Notes: a model not told the origin generated them from the letters alone. Positions 11,260-21,800 are shown, numbered from the stretch's first letter. The stretch is 64,000 bases of DNA from an uncultured Rivularia sp. (GCA_963665115.1 OY762007.1:6912001-6976000), one strand, 5' to 3'. Numbers and translations are program-made.

Positions 11260-11342
11260 AAATATTTAGAATAAATTACCTCTTTTTTCCTCCCACAAAA
11301 GATTAAAATAATTATCTCCTTGTGAATGCATCTACTCCTTCC

Positions 11343-12182
11343 ATGACAAAATCCGCTGACATCAGCAGCAAAAAGATAATTAGCCTCGCACCAGAAAACT
11401 GGGTAAAGTGGGTAACTCAAATCCCCGACATTACAGCAACAGAAATTCTTGACTCCGAATTTCAATGGATAAGCCGAGAATCTGACGTACTCATCCGCGC
11501 TCAAAGCAAACAGTTCGGTGAATTTCTAGCTTTAAACGAATTACAATTGCGTTATAAAGCAGAAATGCCCAAACGAATGCGGGCTTATATATCGTTAGCA
11601 GAAGAAAAATATAATCTTCCCGTCTATCCCGTACTAATTAACATTCTCAAAGTTAGTGAAACCGAAATCCCCACTCGATACGAATCAGAATTTGCCGGAA
11701 TAATAGCCCGTCAAGATTATCGCGTAATTAATCTATGGGAAGTCGATGCTAATTTGGCATTTGAAGAAAACTTATCTTCTTTATTACCATTTGTACCAAT
11801 TCTTAAAGATGGTGCAGAAGAATCGATCGTACAGCAAGCCTTACAAAAGCTTCGCGCTGATGAAAACTTAAATCAATTAGAAACCGTTTTAGCGTTTTTT
11901 GCTACCTTCGTATTAGATAGTGCATTAGTCAAACAAATCATGAGGTGGGATATGGCAATATTAACTGAATCTCCTTGGTATCAGCAGATTTTAGGAGAGG
12001 GAGAAAGAAGAGGAATAATATCTGGTATTGAACTGGATTTAGAAATTAAATTCGGTAATAAAGGATTGCAATTAATGCCACAAATCTCTCAAATTACCGA
12101 TTTAGAACAATTAAAGGTGATTCAACGGGGTGTTAAAACTGTTAATTCTTTGGAAGAGTTGCGGGGATTAATTTCTTCTTAA
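11343..12182 (+). CDS. Rpn/YhgA-like PD-(D/E)XK nuclease (recombination-promoting nuclease / putative transposase family)
   Basis: RESDVL...NELQLRY...RMRAY, YRVINLWE, LLPFVP, ESPWYQ motifs typical of cyanobacterial Rpn proteins. Confidence 0.85.
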   Translation: MTKSADISSKKIISLAPENWVKWVTQIPDITATEILDSEFQWISRESDVLIRAQSKQFGEFLALNELQLRYKAEMPKRMRAYISLAEEKYNLPVYPVLINILKVSETEIPTRYESEFAGIIARQDYRVINLWEVDANLAFEENLSSLLPFVPILKDGAEESIVQQALQKLRADENLNQLETVLAFFATFVLDSALVKQIMRWDMAILTESPWYQQILGEGERRGIISGIELDLEIKFGNKGLQLMPQISQITDLEQLKVIQRGVKTVNSLEELRGLISS

Positions 12183-12291
12183 TACAAAATAACGGATTAA
12201 AAAAACCGCAGAGAGCGCAGAGAGCGCAGAGGAAGAAATTTAGAGAGAAAAGAAAGTAATATCTCTCCTCTGCGTACCTTTTTTCAAAACA

Positions 12292-13768
12292 TCAAGCAAA
12301 AATCGGACGGGTATCGCGCAACAAACGCACTACTCCGACAAATACCGTGAAGAATTCCAAACGCCCTAAAAACATTCCTACAGTTTCTGCCCATAACAAA
12401 CCAGGTGCAGCATCCGCAGCGGTTACTCCTACCGATAAACCGACTGTTCCCATTGCGCTGGCATATTCAAACAAACTTTCTTGTAGCGTATAACCATGAG
12501 CGGCGATAATTGCGCTACCAATACCGAAAATCATCAAATAAAGAAATACAAATATACTAATTTGTTTAACTTGGTCGTTTTGCAGAAATTGACGTTGATC
12601 GCCTTGCCAAACATGGGCTTCATTTACCGCACCTGCTGGCATTAACATCCGTCGTACTTCCCATGTTAAAGCGCGGTAAAGGATGTATACGCGCATCTGT
12701 TTTATACCGCCTGCTGTCGAACCGCTGCCTCCACCAATTAACATTAATAGTATTAAGATTAACCATCCTAATCCGTTCCAATCAGTATATCCCACAGTAG
12801 AAAAACCAGTTGTGGAAAGAGCGGTGATGGTTTCAAATATAGATACTCGAATTGCTTTACCTAAGTTGGGATAAAGTGGCAAAACTACACCAAACAGCAA
12901 AACAATGCTACACAAGACGTACAAGAAAAATTGCAGCCGTATTTCTCCGTTACGCATTATTGATTTAAATTTACCTGTGACTAACATATAGCTGGTAACA
13001 AAGTTGAATGCTCCGACAATCATCAAAACGTTTGTTACCACTTCAACAGCAGTATTATCCCAGTAACCGATAGATTCGGGACGAGTGGAAAACCCTCCCG
13101 TAGAGACAGCGGCAAAGGAATGATTTATCGCATCAAAGAAACTCATCCCCGCTAAATCTAAGGCTATGGTTCCTACGATTATATATCCCAGATAAATTCC
13201 TAAAACCAGCTTTGCAGATCGCTGCACGTTAGGAACTAATTGCTCGGTACGCCCTTCCGCACTCGCTAAACCAGAACCACTTGGCCCCCGCGATCGCACT
13301 CAGTGTAATAATCGCCAATCCCGCGCCACCAAACAGTTCTATGGTGCTGCGGTAAAGTAATATCAACCGCGAAGCTTTGGTTACGTCTACCACCGAAAGT
13401 CCCGTTGTTGTCCAACCGCTGGTAGATTCAAACATTGCTTGGGTAAAGTTCAAATTCTGTACCGTCATTAACGGTATCGTACCCACAACAATTGCTACCA
13501 ACCACGATAAAACAACAATTACCGCACCTTCTTGTAATGTTAAACTGGTGGCTTTTTTGGGAGCTAGGAAACGCCATAAAACAAAGCCTAAAGCGCAAAG
13601 TATAATACCGGGAATCAGGAAACCCCAAATTAACGAAAGTTCTTCTGGATAAGCAATTAAAGCAATCAAAGGTGAAAGAATACCGAGTCCGGAAATCATA
13701 CAAACCAAACCTGTATAGCCAAAGATCGCTCGGTAACGCTGGCGTAAAAAGCTTTTGTAGCGACTCAT
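12292..13768 (-). CDS. trkH: TrkH/KtrB-family K+ uptake membrane subunit; +1 frameshift at 13285-13289, probably a sequencing error
   Basis: Pore motifs SGWTTTGLS, STGGFS, STTGFS, GTVGLS plus GSTAGGIK and GRLE. Removing one G joins the two ORFs. Confidence 0.88.
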
Positions 13769-13769
13769 G

Positions 13770-14432
13770 TTAAACCTTCTCCCCCATAATTAGACGTTGA
13801 GCCTTAGCGCACTGGTTTGACTGACTGATTAAAATTAGGCGATCGCCACTCCGCAAACGGCTGTATTCCTTAGCTTGTAATACAGTTCCACCGCGAATAA
13901 TGCAAGCAATAGCGGCTCCATTTAAATTCAATTCTTCGGGGGTTTTCTCAACAGCAGGGCTGTTATCTTGCAGCGTCATTTCTGTTAAAGTAACTTCCGT
14001 ATCGGCTACGGGTAGTAAATTCTTAATATCTTGAATATCCGCTTGTTGTTCAATTAAAGAACCGAGAATTTCCGTTGCTGAAAAAGCTTGAGTTACACCC
14101 AACTTTTGGAAAACTTCGCGGTTGTCAGGGTCATTAACTAAAGCTATAGTACGAGGTACTCCATAACGGTCTTGAGCAACTTGACAAGCAACCAAATTAT
14201 CTTGGTCTTGAGCCGTCAAAGCCAACAAAACATCAGCACTATAAGCACCAGCATCCTGAAGTATTGCTGGGTTGCTACCATCACCCTTAATAACCGTTGC
14301 TTTCAGCTTGCGAGATAACATTAAAGCTTGCGTTTCATTGGGAGTAATAATAGTTAATTGATAGCCCTTACTAGCAAACTGTCTGCCTAAAAAGTAAACT
14401 AATTTATCACTACCAATTAGAATGATTTTCAT
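13770..14432 (-). CDS. trkA: TrkA-family RCK_N+RCK_C regulatory subunit with a degenerate GxGxxG (IGSDKLV)
   Basis: GDGSNPAILQDAG, DQDNL, C-terminal IACIIRG...LRSGDRL. Confidence 0.88.
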   Translation of the reverse strand: MKIILIGSDKLVYFLGRQFASKGYQLTIITPNETQALMLSRKLKATVIKGDGSNPAILQDAGAYSADVLLALTAQDQDNLVACQVAQDRYGVPRTIALVNDPDNREVFQKLGVTQAFSATEILGSLIEQQADIQDIKNLLPVADTEVTLTEMTLQDNSPAVEKTPEELNLNGAAIACIIRGGTVLQAKEYSRLRSGDRLILISQSNQCAKAQRLIMGEKV

Positions 14433-14595
14433 ATATTATAAATAGGTCATTGGGCATTGGGGATTGGGCATTGGGCATTGGAAATAAGTTTTTATACTTT
14501 TATTACCCAATCCTAAATAAAGCAAACGTATCCTTTTTTTTATCTAATTTTTTTTAACAACTAACAACCATCCACTAACAACTATCTACTAACAA

Positions 14596-15003
14596 CTAAC
14601 CAATTGTTTTCACAAAAGCTTCCGCAGAAAGTTGCGTGGGACTAATCGTTTCAATTCCAAATTCGCGGTAAATTGCTTCGCGATTGGGGTCAAATACGCG
14701 AGCCAATACCGTGGGAAGTTCAAACAGCTTTTTAGCTATTTGCGCCACCATAATATTAATATTGTCAGAATCGGTAACGGCTAGCAAGCAATCTGCTTTA
14801 TCGGCTTTTGCACTTCTTAATACTGCTAATTCGGTTGCATCACCAACAATCTGAAAACCGCTAAATTCACCTCCTAAATTATCAAAGTTAGATTCATCAA
14901 GGTCGATAACTACAACTGAGTTACCTTCACCACTCAATTTACTTGCCAAAATTGAACCCAAACGACCGCAACCGACGACTACAATGTATTGAGATTTTGC
15001 CAT
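14596..15003 (-). CDS. TrkA-family RCK_N-only NAD-binding subunit
   Basis: VVGCGRLG, GDAT, DNINI, ARV motifs; 135 aa. Confidence 0.88.
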   Translation of the reverse strand: MAKSQYIVVVGCGRLGSILASKLSGEGNSVVVIDLDESNFDNLGGEFSGFQIVGDATELAVLRSAKADKADCLLAVTDSDNINIMVAQIAKKLFELPTVLARVFDPNREAIYREFGIETISPTQLSAEAFVKTIG

Positions 15004-15199
15004 AGTTTTTTATTAATTCCCTACTTATTATGTGAATTTAGGGAATAGGGAATAGGGAATAGGGAACAGAGAACTGTTAGTTGTTAGTTGTTGGTTGTCT
15101 AAATATTACCAATTACCAATTACCAATTACCAATTACCAATTACCAATTATCAATTATCAATTACCCATGCCCCATCCCCCATGCCCAATTCCCAATCT

Positions 15200-15856
15200 T
15201 TACATCTGCAAACGAGATTTTGGCGAAGCTGTAGCTCGTTGCAAGTTTTTTTGTGCTGGCTTGTAAGCTGGATCTAAATCTGTAGCTACACGATAATTTT
15301 TTATTGCTTGTAATTTGTCACCAGTTACTTCTAATAGTTCTCCTAACATATTGAATGCTTCGGCGTTATTAGGATTTACTCCAATGGCTTGTTTAACTAA
15401 GGTTATCGCTTCTTCAAATTGACGTTTGCTGGCTTGACGTTTGGCAGTTGAAATCAATGAATCATAATCTTTTGGTAAATCTGAAACGTTTTCTCTACCT
15501 AATACCTTCGATACTAATTCGCGAATTTCTTTGGGAGTAAAAGGCTTTTGCATAAAGTCTACCGCTCCTAATTTCATGGCATCTACGGCATTTTCGACAT
15601 TAGCGTGAGCCGAAAACATAATTATTTGTAAATCGGGTTTGAGTTCTTTTGCTCTTTCAAGTACTTCTATACCGTTCATTCCCGGCATTTGTAAATCTAA
15701 TAACATTAAATCGGGGTTATATTCTGCAAGTTGAGAAAGTCCGTCTAATCCATCGATAGCAGTTTTGACGGTGTAACCTTGTGGCTCCAAACATTGTGCT
15801 ACCGTCAATCGAATATTTTTCTCATCATCTACTACTAAAATGCGTGTTTCAGACAT
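15200..15856 (-). CDS. Response regulator, REC plus C-terminal TPR, no DNA-binding domain
   Basis: ILVVDDE, LLDLQMP, KPF; tail AIGVNPNNAEAFNMLG...AIKNYRVATDLDP is TPR-like. Confidence 0.88.
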   Translation of the reverse strand: MSETRILVVDDEKNIRLTVAQCLEPQGYTVKTAIDGLDGLSQLAEYNPDLMLLDLQMPGMNGIEVLERAKELKPDLQIIMFSAHANVENAVDAMKLGAVDFMQKPFTPKEIRELVSKVLGRENVSDLPKDYDSLISTAKRQASKRQFEEAITLVKQAIGVNPNNAEAFNMLGELLEVTGDKLQAIKNYRVATDLDPAYKPAQKNLQRATASPKSRLQM

Positions 15857-17705
15857 GAGTTAATTCTCCTTGTTTATCGGAATGCGTATTAATAGGAAGT
15901 GTAAAACTGAATTTGCTACCTTCACCCACTGTGGAATCCACCCAAATTGTGCCGCCGTGAGCTTTGACAATCTCTTTGCATATAGATAATCCTAAGCCGC
16001 TACCGCCAATATCGCGTTTTGTTTTGACTTGCACAAACTTGTCAAAAATTTTGCTTTGAAATGCGGGATCTATTCCGGGACCATCATCAGTTACAGAAAA
16101 ATAAATTGAGTTCCCGTGTTGTGTAGCTGCAATTTCAATTTGCGATTCTGCATAGCGCAAAGCGTTAGCGACTAAGTTTGTTAACACCCAAGTAATTTTA
16201 TTAGCATCTGCGTTTACATTCGGCAATTCTTCTATTAGCTTTTTATTTAATTGAATATTCTTTTCTTGAATTTGAACTTTAAATAGCGATATTACTTTAT
16301 CAATAATAAAATTAGCTTCGATAGGCACTCTTTCCATATCAATTCGACCGGATTCTATCTTAGAAAGGTCAAGTAGATCGTTAACTAAACTCCGCAATCG
16401 CTCTACATCTTCAGAAGCAGTTTGTAATAATTCTTGTTCTCGCTCCGATAACTTTTCTTGTGCGGTTTCCAAAAGTAAATCAATACTCATTGACATTCCC
16501 GTCAAAGGAGTTCGCAATTCGTGGGAAGCAGTCATCACAAAATCGCTTTTTAACTGGTCGATTTGCTTAAACTTAGTTACATCTTGCAACAGCAAAACTA
16601 CACCCAAACGTTTACCATCTTCAGTTTTTACCGGAGTGGTAACGTAGCGATAATAATACTCAACTCCGTTTTTTTCTAAAGTTAAAACCGATTCATCAGC
16701 ATTTAATTGTGAAGACTCCCCAGATTCAGCAGTAGCTTGAATTTGATTGTACAAAGTCCGGTCTTCAATGACTTCTAAATAATGCCTTCCTTCTGCTAAT
16801 TTAGCTTTAGCATTAAATAATCTTGCAGCAGTGGGATTAATATCAATAATATTGTAGCGGTCATCTACTACTACAATTGGGTCAGAAATGCTATCAATTA
16901 TTGCTTCGTTACGCTGCTTTTGAGCAATAATAGTATTCACATTTAAAGCGTGAAAATTCTTGAGTTTTTGGCTCATAGAATTAATTTCTCCCGCTAAATG
17001 TCCCAATTCATCATTCGATTGTGGCGAAATATTTACATCATAATTACCTCTAGCAATTTCCTCAGTAGCCTGCGTAATTTTGTTTAACGGGCTTGTCAAA
17101 TTCTTAGAGAGAATTAAACTAAAAATTAATCCCAACACAGCTGCTGAAGAACCCGCAAAAATCATTGATGTAATCGCATTGCGAGAAGTAATTTGTGCTT
17201 GTTCGGAAGCAACTTCCATCGTCTGCTGATTCAAATTCCGCAAATCGATAGAAGCTTTACGTACTGCTTCAAACTTCGGTAAAAGTGATTGATTATAAAA
17301 ACTTCTTGCCGTTTCGGGCTGACTTTGTAAAGAACGGAATCGGGCAACACTGCTAAGATACTCTCGATAGCTCTTTTCCAACTTAGCTAAAATCTTAGCT
17401 TCGCCATCGATAGTAATATTATCCTTAGCTCGCGATAACCATTCAAAAAAGTCAACTTGATTATCTGCAAATAAATCAATCCCGTTTGTATTACCTTCCG
17501 ACAGCGAAATTAGAGTAGCGCTATCTTGACGCTCCAAAGCATCCACCATACCCTCAGCAGCGCGAATACTACGGTAATTTTCCCGCAAAATCGCTTCGCT
17601 AGCTTGCCCCAAACGCCAAAGATTGGCAACACCCCAAGCACCAACAAGCAGAATTAAGGCAAGACTAACACCATAACCAGCGAGAATTTTGGTTCTCAGC
17701 TTCAC
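15849..17705 (-). CDS. Membrane sensor histidine kinase (periplasmic helical sensor-HAMP-PAS-HisKA-HATPase)
   Basis: Two TM helices, HAMP (PLNKI...DELGHLA), ASHELRTPL, NLVANA, DDGPGI, GSGLGL. Stop overlaps the regulator start. Confidence 0.93.
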   Translation of the reverse strand: MKLRTKILAGYGVSLALILLVGAWGVANLWRLGQASEAILRENYRSIRAAEGMVDALERQDSATLISLSEGNTNGIDLFADNQVDFFEWLSRAKDNITIDGEAKILAKLEKSYREYLSSVARFRSLQSQPETARSFYNQSLLPKFEAVRKASIDLRNLNQQTMEVASEQAQITSRNAITSMIFAGSSAAVLGLIFSLILSKNLTSPLNKITQATEEIARGNYDVNISPQSNDELGHLAGEINSMSQKLKNFHALNVNTIIAQKQRNEAIIDSISDPIVVVDDRYNIIDINPTAARLFNAKAKLAEGRHYLEVIEDRTLYNQIQATAESGESSQLNADESVLTLEKNGVEYYYRYVTTPVKTEDGKRLGVVLLLQDVTKFKQIDQLKSDFVMTASHELRTPLTGMSMSIDLLLETAQEKLSEREQELLQTASEDVERLRSLVNDLLDLSKIESGRIDMERVPIEANFIIDKVISLFKVQIQEKNIQLNKKLIEELPNVNADANKITWVLTNLVANALRYAESQIEIAATQHGNSIYFSVTDDGPGIDPAFQSKIFDKFVQVKTKRDIGGSGLGLSICKEIVKAHGGTIWVDSTVGEGSKFSFTLPINTHSDKQGELTHV

Positions 17706-17827
17706 CGCACTCTACCTTTTTTAATTGCAAATGAGATATAGGATACCAAATTCCGTTAGCGTTCCTGCCACTCCTCAGAGGGAATATAAGTCCATCTTTA
17801 GATAAGTAGCTAAATTAAATTAAATAT

Positions 17828-17908
17828 TTAGATAGCGTATTAATCCAACAAATCATCAGATGTGAGATAGCTGTATTAACTGAATATCCTTGGTATCAGC
17901 AGATTTTA
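17828..17908 (+). pseudogene. 81-bp remnant of an Rpn-family gene
   Basis: Translates LDSVLIQQIIRCEIAVLTEYPWYQQIL versus LDSALVKQIMRWDMAILTESPWYQQIL at 11913-11993; 12 mismatches in 81 nt by hand alignment. Confidence 0.8.
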
Positions 17909-17994
17909 TCAAATATGAAGTACGGAGTGAAATACGGCATGAAACATAATGAATAAGATTAGAAATTTGAATAGATTTATAAATAAAATTATCT

Positions 17995-18047
17995 TAAGCC
18001 ACGCAGGTGGGTTTTGCTTTTGTAGCAGCGGTTTCAACCGCCAGATA
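17995..18047 (-). repeat. GTAG-type repeat, inverted relative of 10184-10236
   Basis: Reverse complement ATCTGGCGGTTGAAACCGCTGCTACAAAAGCAAAACC versus ATCTGGCGATTCAAATCGCAGCTACACAAGCAAAGTC. Confidence 0.65.
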
Positions 18048-18559
18048 AACTAATTCGCCGAATTAATAACTAACACTCAAAACCATCAGCAAACCCTCTT
18101 ACCGCCTTAATCAAATCATCCGGAGTACCAATATCTAAATAACTACCATCAGCAAAAGCTTCCGCTTCCACTTGCAAACCCTTACTTATAGCAGCTTGAA
18201 TTACATTTCCAATTGGTATTTCAGGCAATTGCGGTAAATTTACATCTTCTTTAACAGCAATCAAATACTCGTGCAGAAACTCAGTAAACTTCGGTTTCCA
18301 AACAGCAATTGCCCACATAAAACGCAAATCTGACTGAAGCGGCTTTTCAACTATCGAACGAACCTTACCTGTATCATCAAAATCCACCATACCTGCTTTT
18401 TGAGGTTTATCCGTCGGAAATAACCCCAAAACCACATCAGCATTACCAGCTTCCAAACGTTTTAATATTTTTAGATAAGCATCTTTCGGTTCAAATAAAA
18501 TATCGGGAAAACCCAGCGCTATAACAGCATCTTTTACAAAAGGATAAGCACTATCCAAA

Positions 18560-19935
18560 TTGACATACTCCCCGGCGTAAACGCACGGGGATTCTAGTTC
18601 ATGGTTCACAGAAATCCGCTTGCTATATCAAGTTTCCCATCAATAGTATTGGCGGTTTTCTCCTCATGCTTTCCCCCTCGCGAGGCAGATCCCTTTTGCC
18701 CAAAGGTACTGTTGTTTTGCCACTCAAATCCTAATATCTTCATACCTTTTTTTAGGATGTTGATCGCCGCATTCGTATCACGGCATATTTCAACTCCACA
18801 GGATGAACATAAATGAGTTCTAGTGCTAAGTGATTTTTTTACTCTATGTCCACAATGGCTACAGTCCCCTGGCTTGTGTAGTTAGGCGATACCGCTACTA
18901 CTGCTTTATCCCAAATTTTCCCATAGTAGTCTAACCATTGAGTGAACTGATACCAACTAGCATCAGAAATTGCAAAAGATAAATGATGATTTTTGACCAT
19001 GTTCGCAATCTTCAAATCTTCATAGACAATCACATCGTTAGAGTGAACTACGTATCGGGCTTGCTTTATAGCCCAATCTTTACGCTGTCTTTGGATTTTA
19101 AGATGAACTTTACCTAATCGTTTTCGTGCCTTATGAAAATTAATTGACTGAGGTTTTTTACCTCTAACAAACTTTTTGCTTAATCGCTTTGATCGCTTTT
19201 TAAGTCTTCGTTCTGACTTTCTCAAGAATTGGGGATAAATTACAGCATTATCATTTTGATCTTTGGTGAAATATTTTAACCCCAAGTCCAACCCAACAAC
19301 CTTACCAGTGAATTCCCCAACTTCCTTACGGTCAGCATCAAAGCAGAATTGAGCGTGATAACCGTCCGCTCTTCTAATTACTCGTACACGGTTTATCTTA
19401 ATCCTAAATAGGTCAATGCGTGTTTCCTTATTGCAAAATAAAGAAAATGTCCCTGCATTAAATCCATCAGTGAAATTGATGCTCGTGCAGTCCGGAGATA
19501 GCTTCCATCCTGAAACCTTGTACTCCACAGAACGGCAATGTTTTTTAAATTTCGGATATCCTTTATTTTTTTCCTGTTTTTTACAGCGTTTATAAAAGTT
19601 AGAGATAGCAGACCAAGCTCTTTCGGCACTGGCTTGACGTGCAGCAGAGTTTAACTTCAAAGCAAAGTCAAATTCGCGTGCTAAGTATGAACACAGCTTA
19701 TATAAGTCAGCTTTACCAACCCCTTGATTATCCATCCAATAACGAACTGCTTTATTCCTAATAAACTGGGCAGTGCGGATTGCAGAGTCAATTGCTTGGT
19801 ATTGTTCCTTGGTTCCGTTTAGCAGCTTGGCTTCTCTTACTATCATTTCTATATTTTATCATGCAATATTGCGGATAAAATAATTTAATTATTAAAGCCG
19901 TGCTAAAACCACGGGGCTTTAAACCCAATTTTTTG
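18560..19935 (-). mobile_element. IS200/IS605-family tnpB-only element, 1376 bp
   Basis: Inserted 3' of TTAC with no target duplication. Left end CAAAAAATTGGGTTTAAAGCCCCGTGG hairpin; right end CCCCGTGCGTTTACGCCGGGGAGTATGTCAA ending in TCAA. No tnpA. Confidence 0.92.
18606..19846 (-). CDS. tnpB: RNA-guided endonuclease TnpB; frameshift at the G run 18866-18869
   Basis: RuvC motifs VGLDLGL and YEDL; after frame correction TSQDCSHCG...CSSCG...RDTNAAINI, stop at 18608-18606. Confidence 0.9.
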
Positions 19936-20473
19936 GTAAAAGGTACCCCATAAGGTAAACCCATAATTAAATAACCCAAATTCATCGAAAGCATTGCCCC
20001 ATCGCCAAAATATGCGGGGATATCCCACTTACCCGGACGCAAAATAAAATATGCTTTATCAATACCCGCTAACTGCATCTTTTCAAGCAAGTAGTGAGAA
20101 ACAACTTTAGGGCGTAATTTTGCTTGATTGAGCTGATTATTTTTTTTAATATCATCAACATCACCCCGAAAACCCACAGGATATAATTCCTTACTCAAAG
20201 GTAAAGGAGAAATTCGCGTAGCCTTTCCACCAGCAGGAACTAATCCGATAAGCGGGAGTTTTTTCATAGTAGATGGGGAGATGGGGGAGAGGGGGGAGAG
20301 GGGGAAGATGGGGAGATGGGGAGACAAGGAGAAATATATTCTTAATTCGCTACTTGCTACTTGCTACTTACTACTCCTAACTCCTAACTGTTCGCGGAAA
20401 AAAATATCCTCCTTTCTCGGCGCGTTATTTTTGCAGAAAAAGGAGGTTAATAAGTTTTATTTCGCTACCAATA

Positions 20474-20797
20474 CTATTTTACGGAAACAGCATCGACATC
20501 TATAGTATCTGAACTCTTTGGAACCCCATCGGTTGTACTATCTGCTGTTTGTGTATCTGTTTCGGTTACTCCCTTGCGTGATTTAAAACCTTCGATGAGT
20601 AACTGTGAAAATTCGCTAACTAATAGCGTTAATACAAAAACATCATCAACTTGCCCGACAATCGGGAAAATATCGGGAATTACATCAATAGGACTAACAA
20701 AATATACGAGAGTCCCTAAAAGTACCCACCAGCGGTACTTGGGATTACGAATCAAACCACGATACCATTCGTAAACTGATTGAATTGAGTATTTCAT
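20474..20797 (-). CDS. YkvA/DUF1232 family membrane protein
   Basis: YFVSPIDVIPDIFPIVGQVDD motif. Confidence 0.88.
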   Translation of the reverse strand: MKYSIQSVYEWYRGLIRNPKYRWWVLLGTLVYFVSPIDVIPDIFPIVGQVDDVFVLTLLVSEFSQLLIEGFKSRKGVTETDTQTADSTTDGVPKSSDTIDVDAVSVK

Positions 20798-21016
20798 ATT
20801 TTTAATCTCAACATACCTTTAATTTTGGCAAAATATGACCTAAACTTCCTGTGGGAATAACCGCCCTATAACGGTATGGAATATGCTACCTAATTTTTTA
20901 GGTGGGAAAAGCTTCCGAAGTACACGATAGTTCACAAAAATGTAGAACTTGTGCATTAATCTCTAAAATTAAAGTGGTGTGAATTTGGTTGAGGATGAAC
21001 GGAGGAGACTTATAAA

Positions 21017-21800
21017 ATGAATATTGAAGATATTGTAGACAAGATCGGTCCTGTAGTGTGGCCTTTACTTTTTTTCTCGGTTTTGTCTTTGAGCGTAATT
21101 TTTGAGCGAATATGGTTCTGGCTAAGAATTCTAACTCAGGAGAGGAAGATTGTTGACCGCGTATTAGACGCAGCTCGGGATGATTGGGGACTAGCTGCCG
21201 AAATTGCAGAAAGAGCAGATCGTCAACCTATTGGTAGGTTTCTCTATGCGCCTTTAAGTTTACCAAGAAGGGACCCCTGAAACTTTTAGATTGGCGCTCG
21301 AAGCAACGGCAGAAAACGAGTTAGCTTTAATGCGTCGCGGCGAAAAAGTTTTAGAGTTGGTAATTGCCGTTGCTCCTTTGTTGGGTTTGTTTGGTACCGT
21401 TTGGGGTTTGATTGGAGCTCTTGAATCAATTAATATTTCGGATTTGGGTACCTCCGCTACTGCTGGAGTCACCACCAATATTGGGACATCTTTGTACAGT
21501 ACCGCAGCAGGATTAGTGGTTGCGATTTTCACTTTGATATTTTATCGATACTTTCAAGCTTTGCTAGTTAATCAAGTCAAAGTTTTCCGTGCATCTGGAA
21601 ATGAGATGGAGTTGCTTTATCGCCAATTTCCTCCAACTGATACCAGTCTGACACCTCGTAAAGCGCTATCGGAAGTAATTGTAGGAGAAAAAGATATCAA
21701 GCAGGAAAATTCTAGAAGCCCGCGCAGGCGAGGTAAGAATAAATTTTCCGAACCTCCTCAAACAACAGAATCCGATTCACCTGAATCTGAAGATAAATAA
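21017..21800 (+). CDS. exbB: MotA/TolQ/ExbB proton channel; +1 frameshift at 21274-21277, probably a sequencing error
   Basis: IFERIWFW N-part; [10 protein letters not shown] and [10 protein letters not shown] motifs in the second ORF. Confidence 0.85.

Larger units (their letters stand above)
18070..20267 (-). pseudogene. Sugar-phosphate nucleotidyltransferase (glucose-1-P thymidylyltransferase-like) interrupted by an IS element
   Basis: N-part GLVPAGGKATRISPLPLSKE...PYGVPF (20267-19936); C-part LDSAYPF...GFPD...YLDIGTPDDL (18559-18070). Excision restores TTT-ACT-TTG in frame. Confidence 0.88.

Noticed and set aside
15081..15277. Short ORFs of type YQLPITN/PHPPCP, also 37440-ORF N-terminus, 58231-58508, 20281-20505, 28238-28501
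   Set aside because: They are translations of heptamer STRR repeats, not genes.
17706..17830. c-di-AMP (ydaO) riboswitch ahead of the K+ transport operon
   Set aside because: Expected conserved blocks (GCTGAATCC, GGGGTGAA, GTCAGCTAAC) are not seen and the GC-rich stretch is too short.
18560..19935. IStron (group I intron plus tnpB) that would splice out of the host gene
   Set aside because: Only ~90 nt lie between the left end and the tnpB start, leaving no room for a group I ribozyme core.
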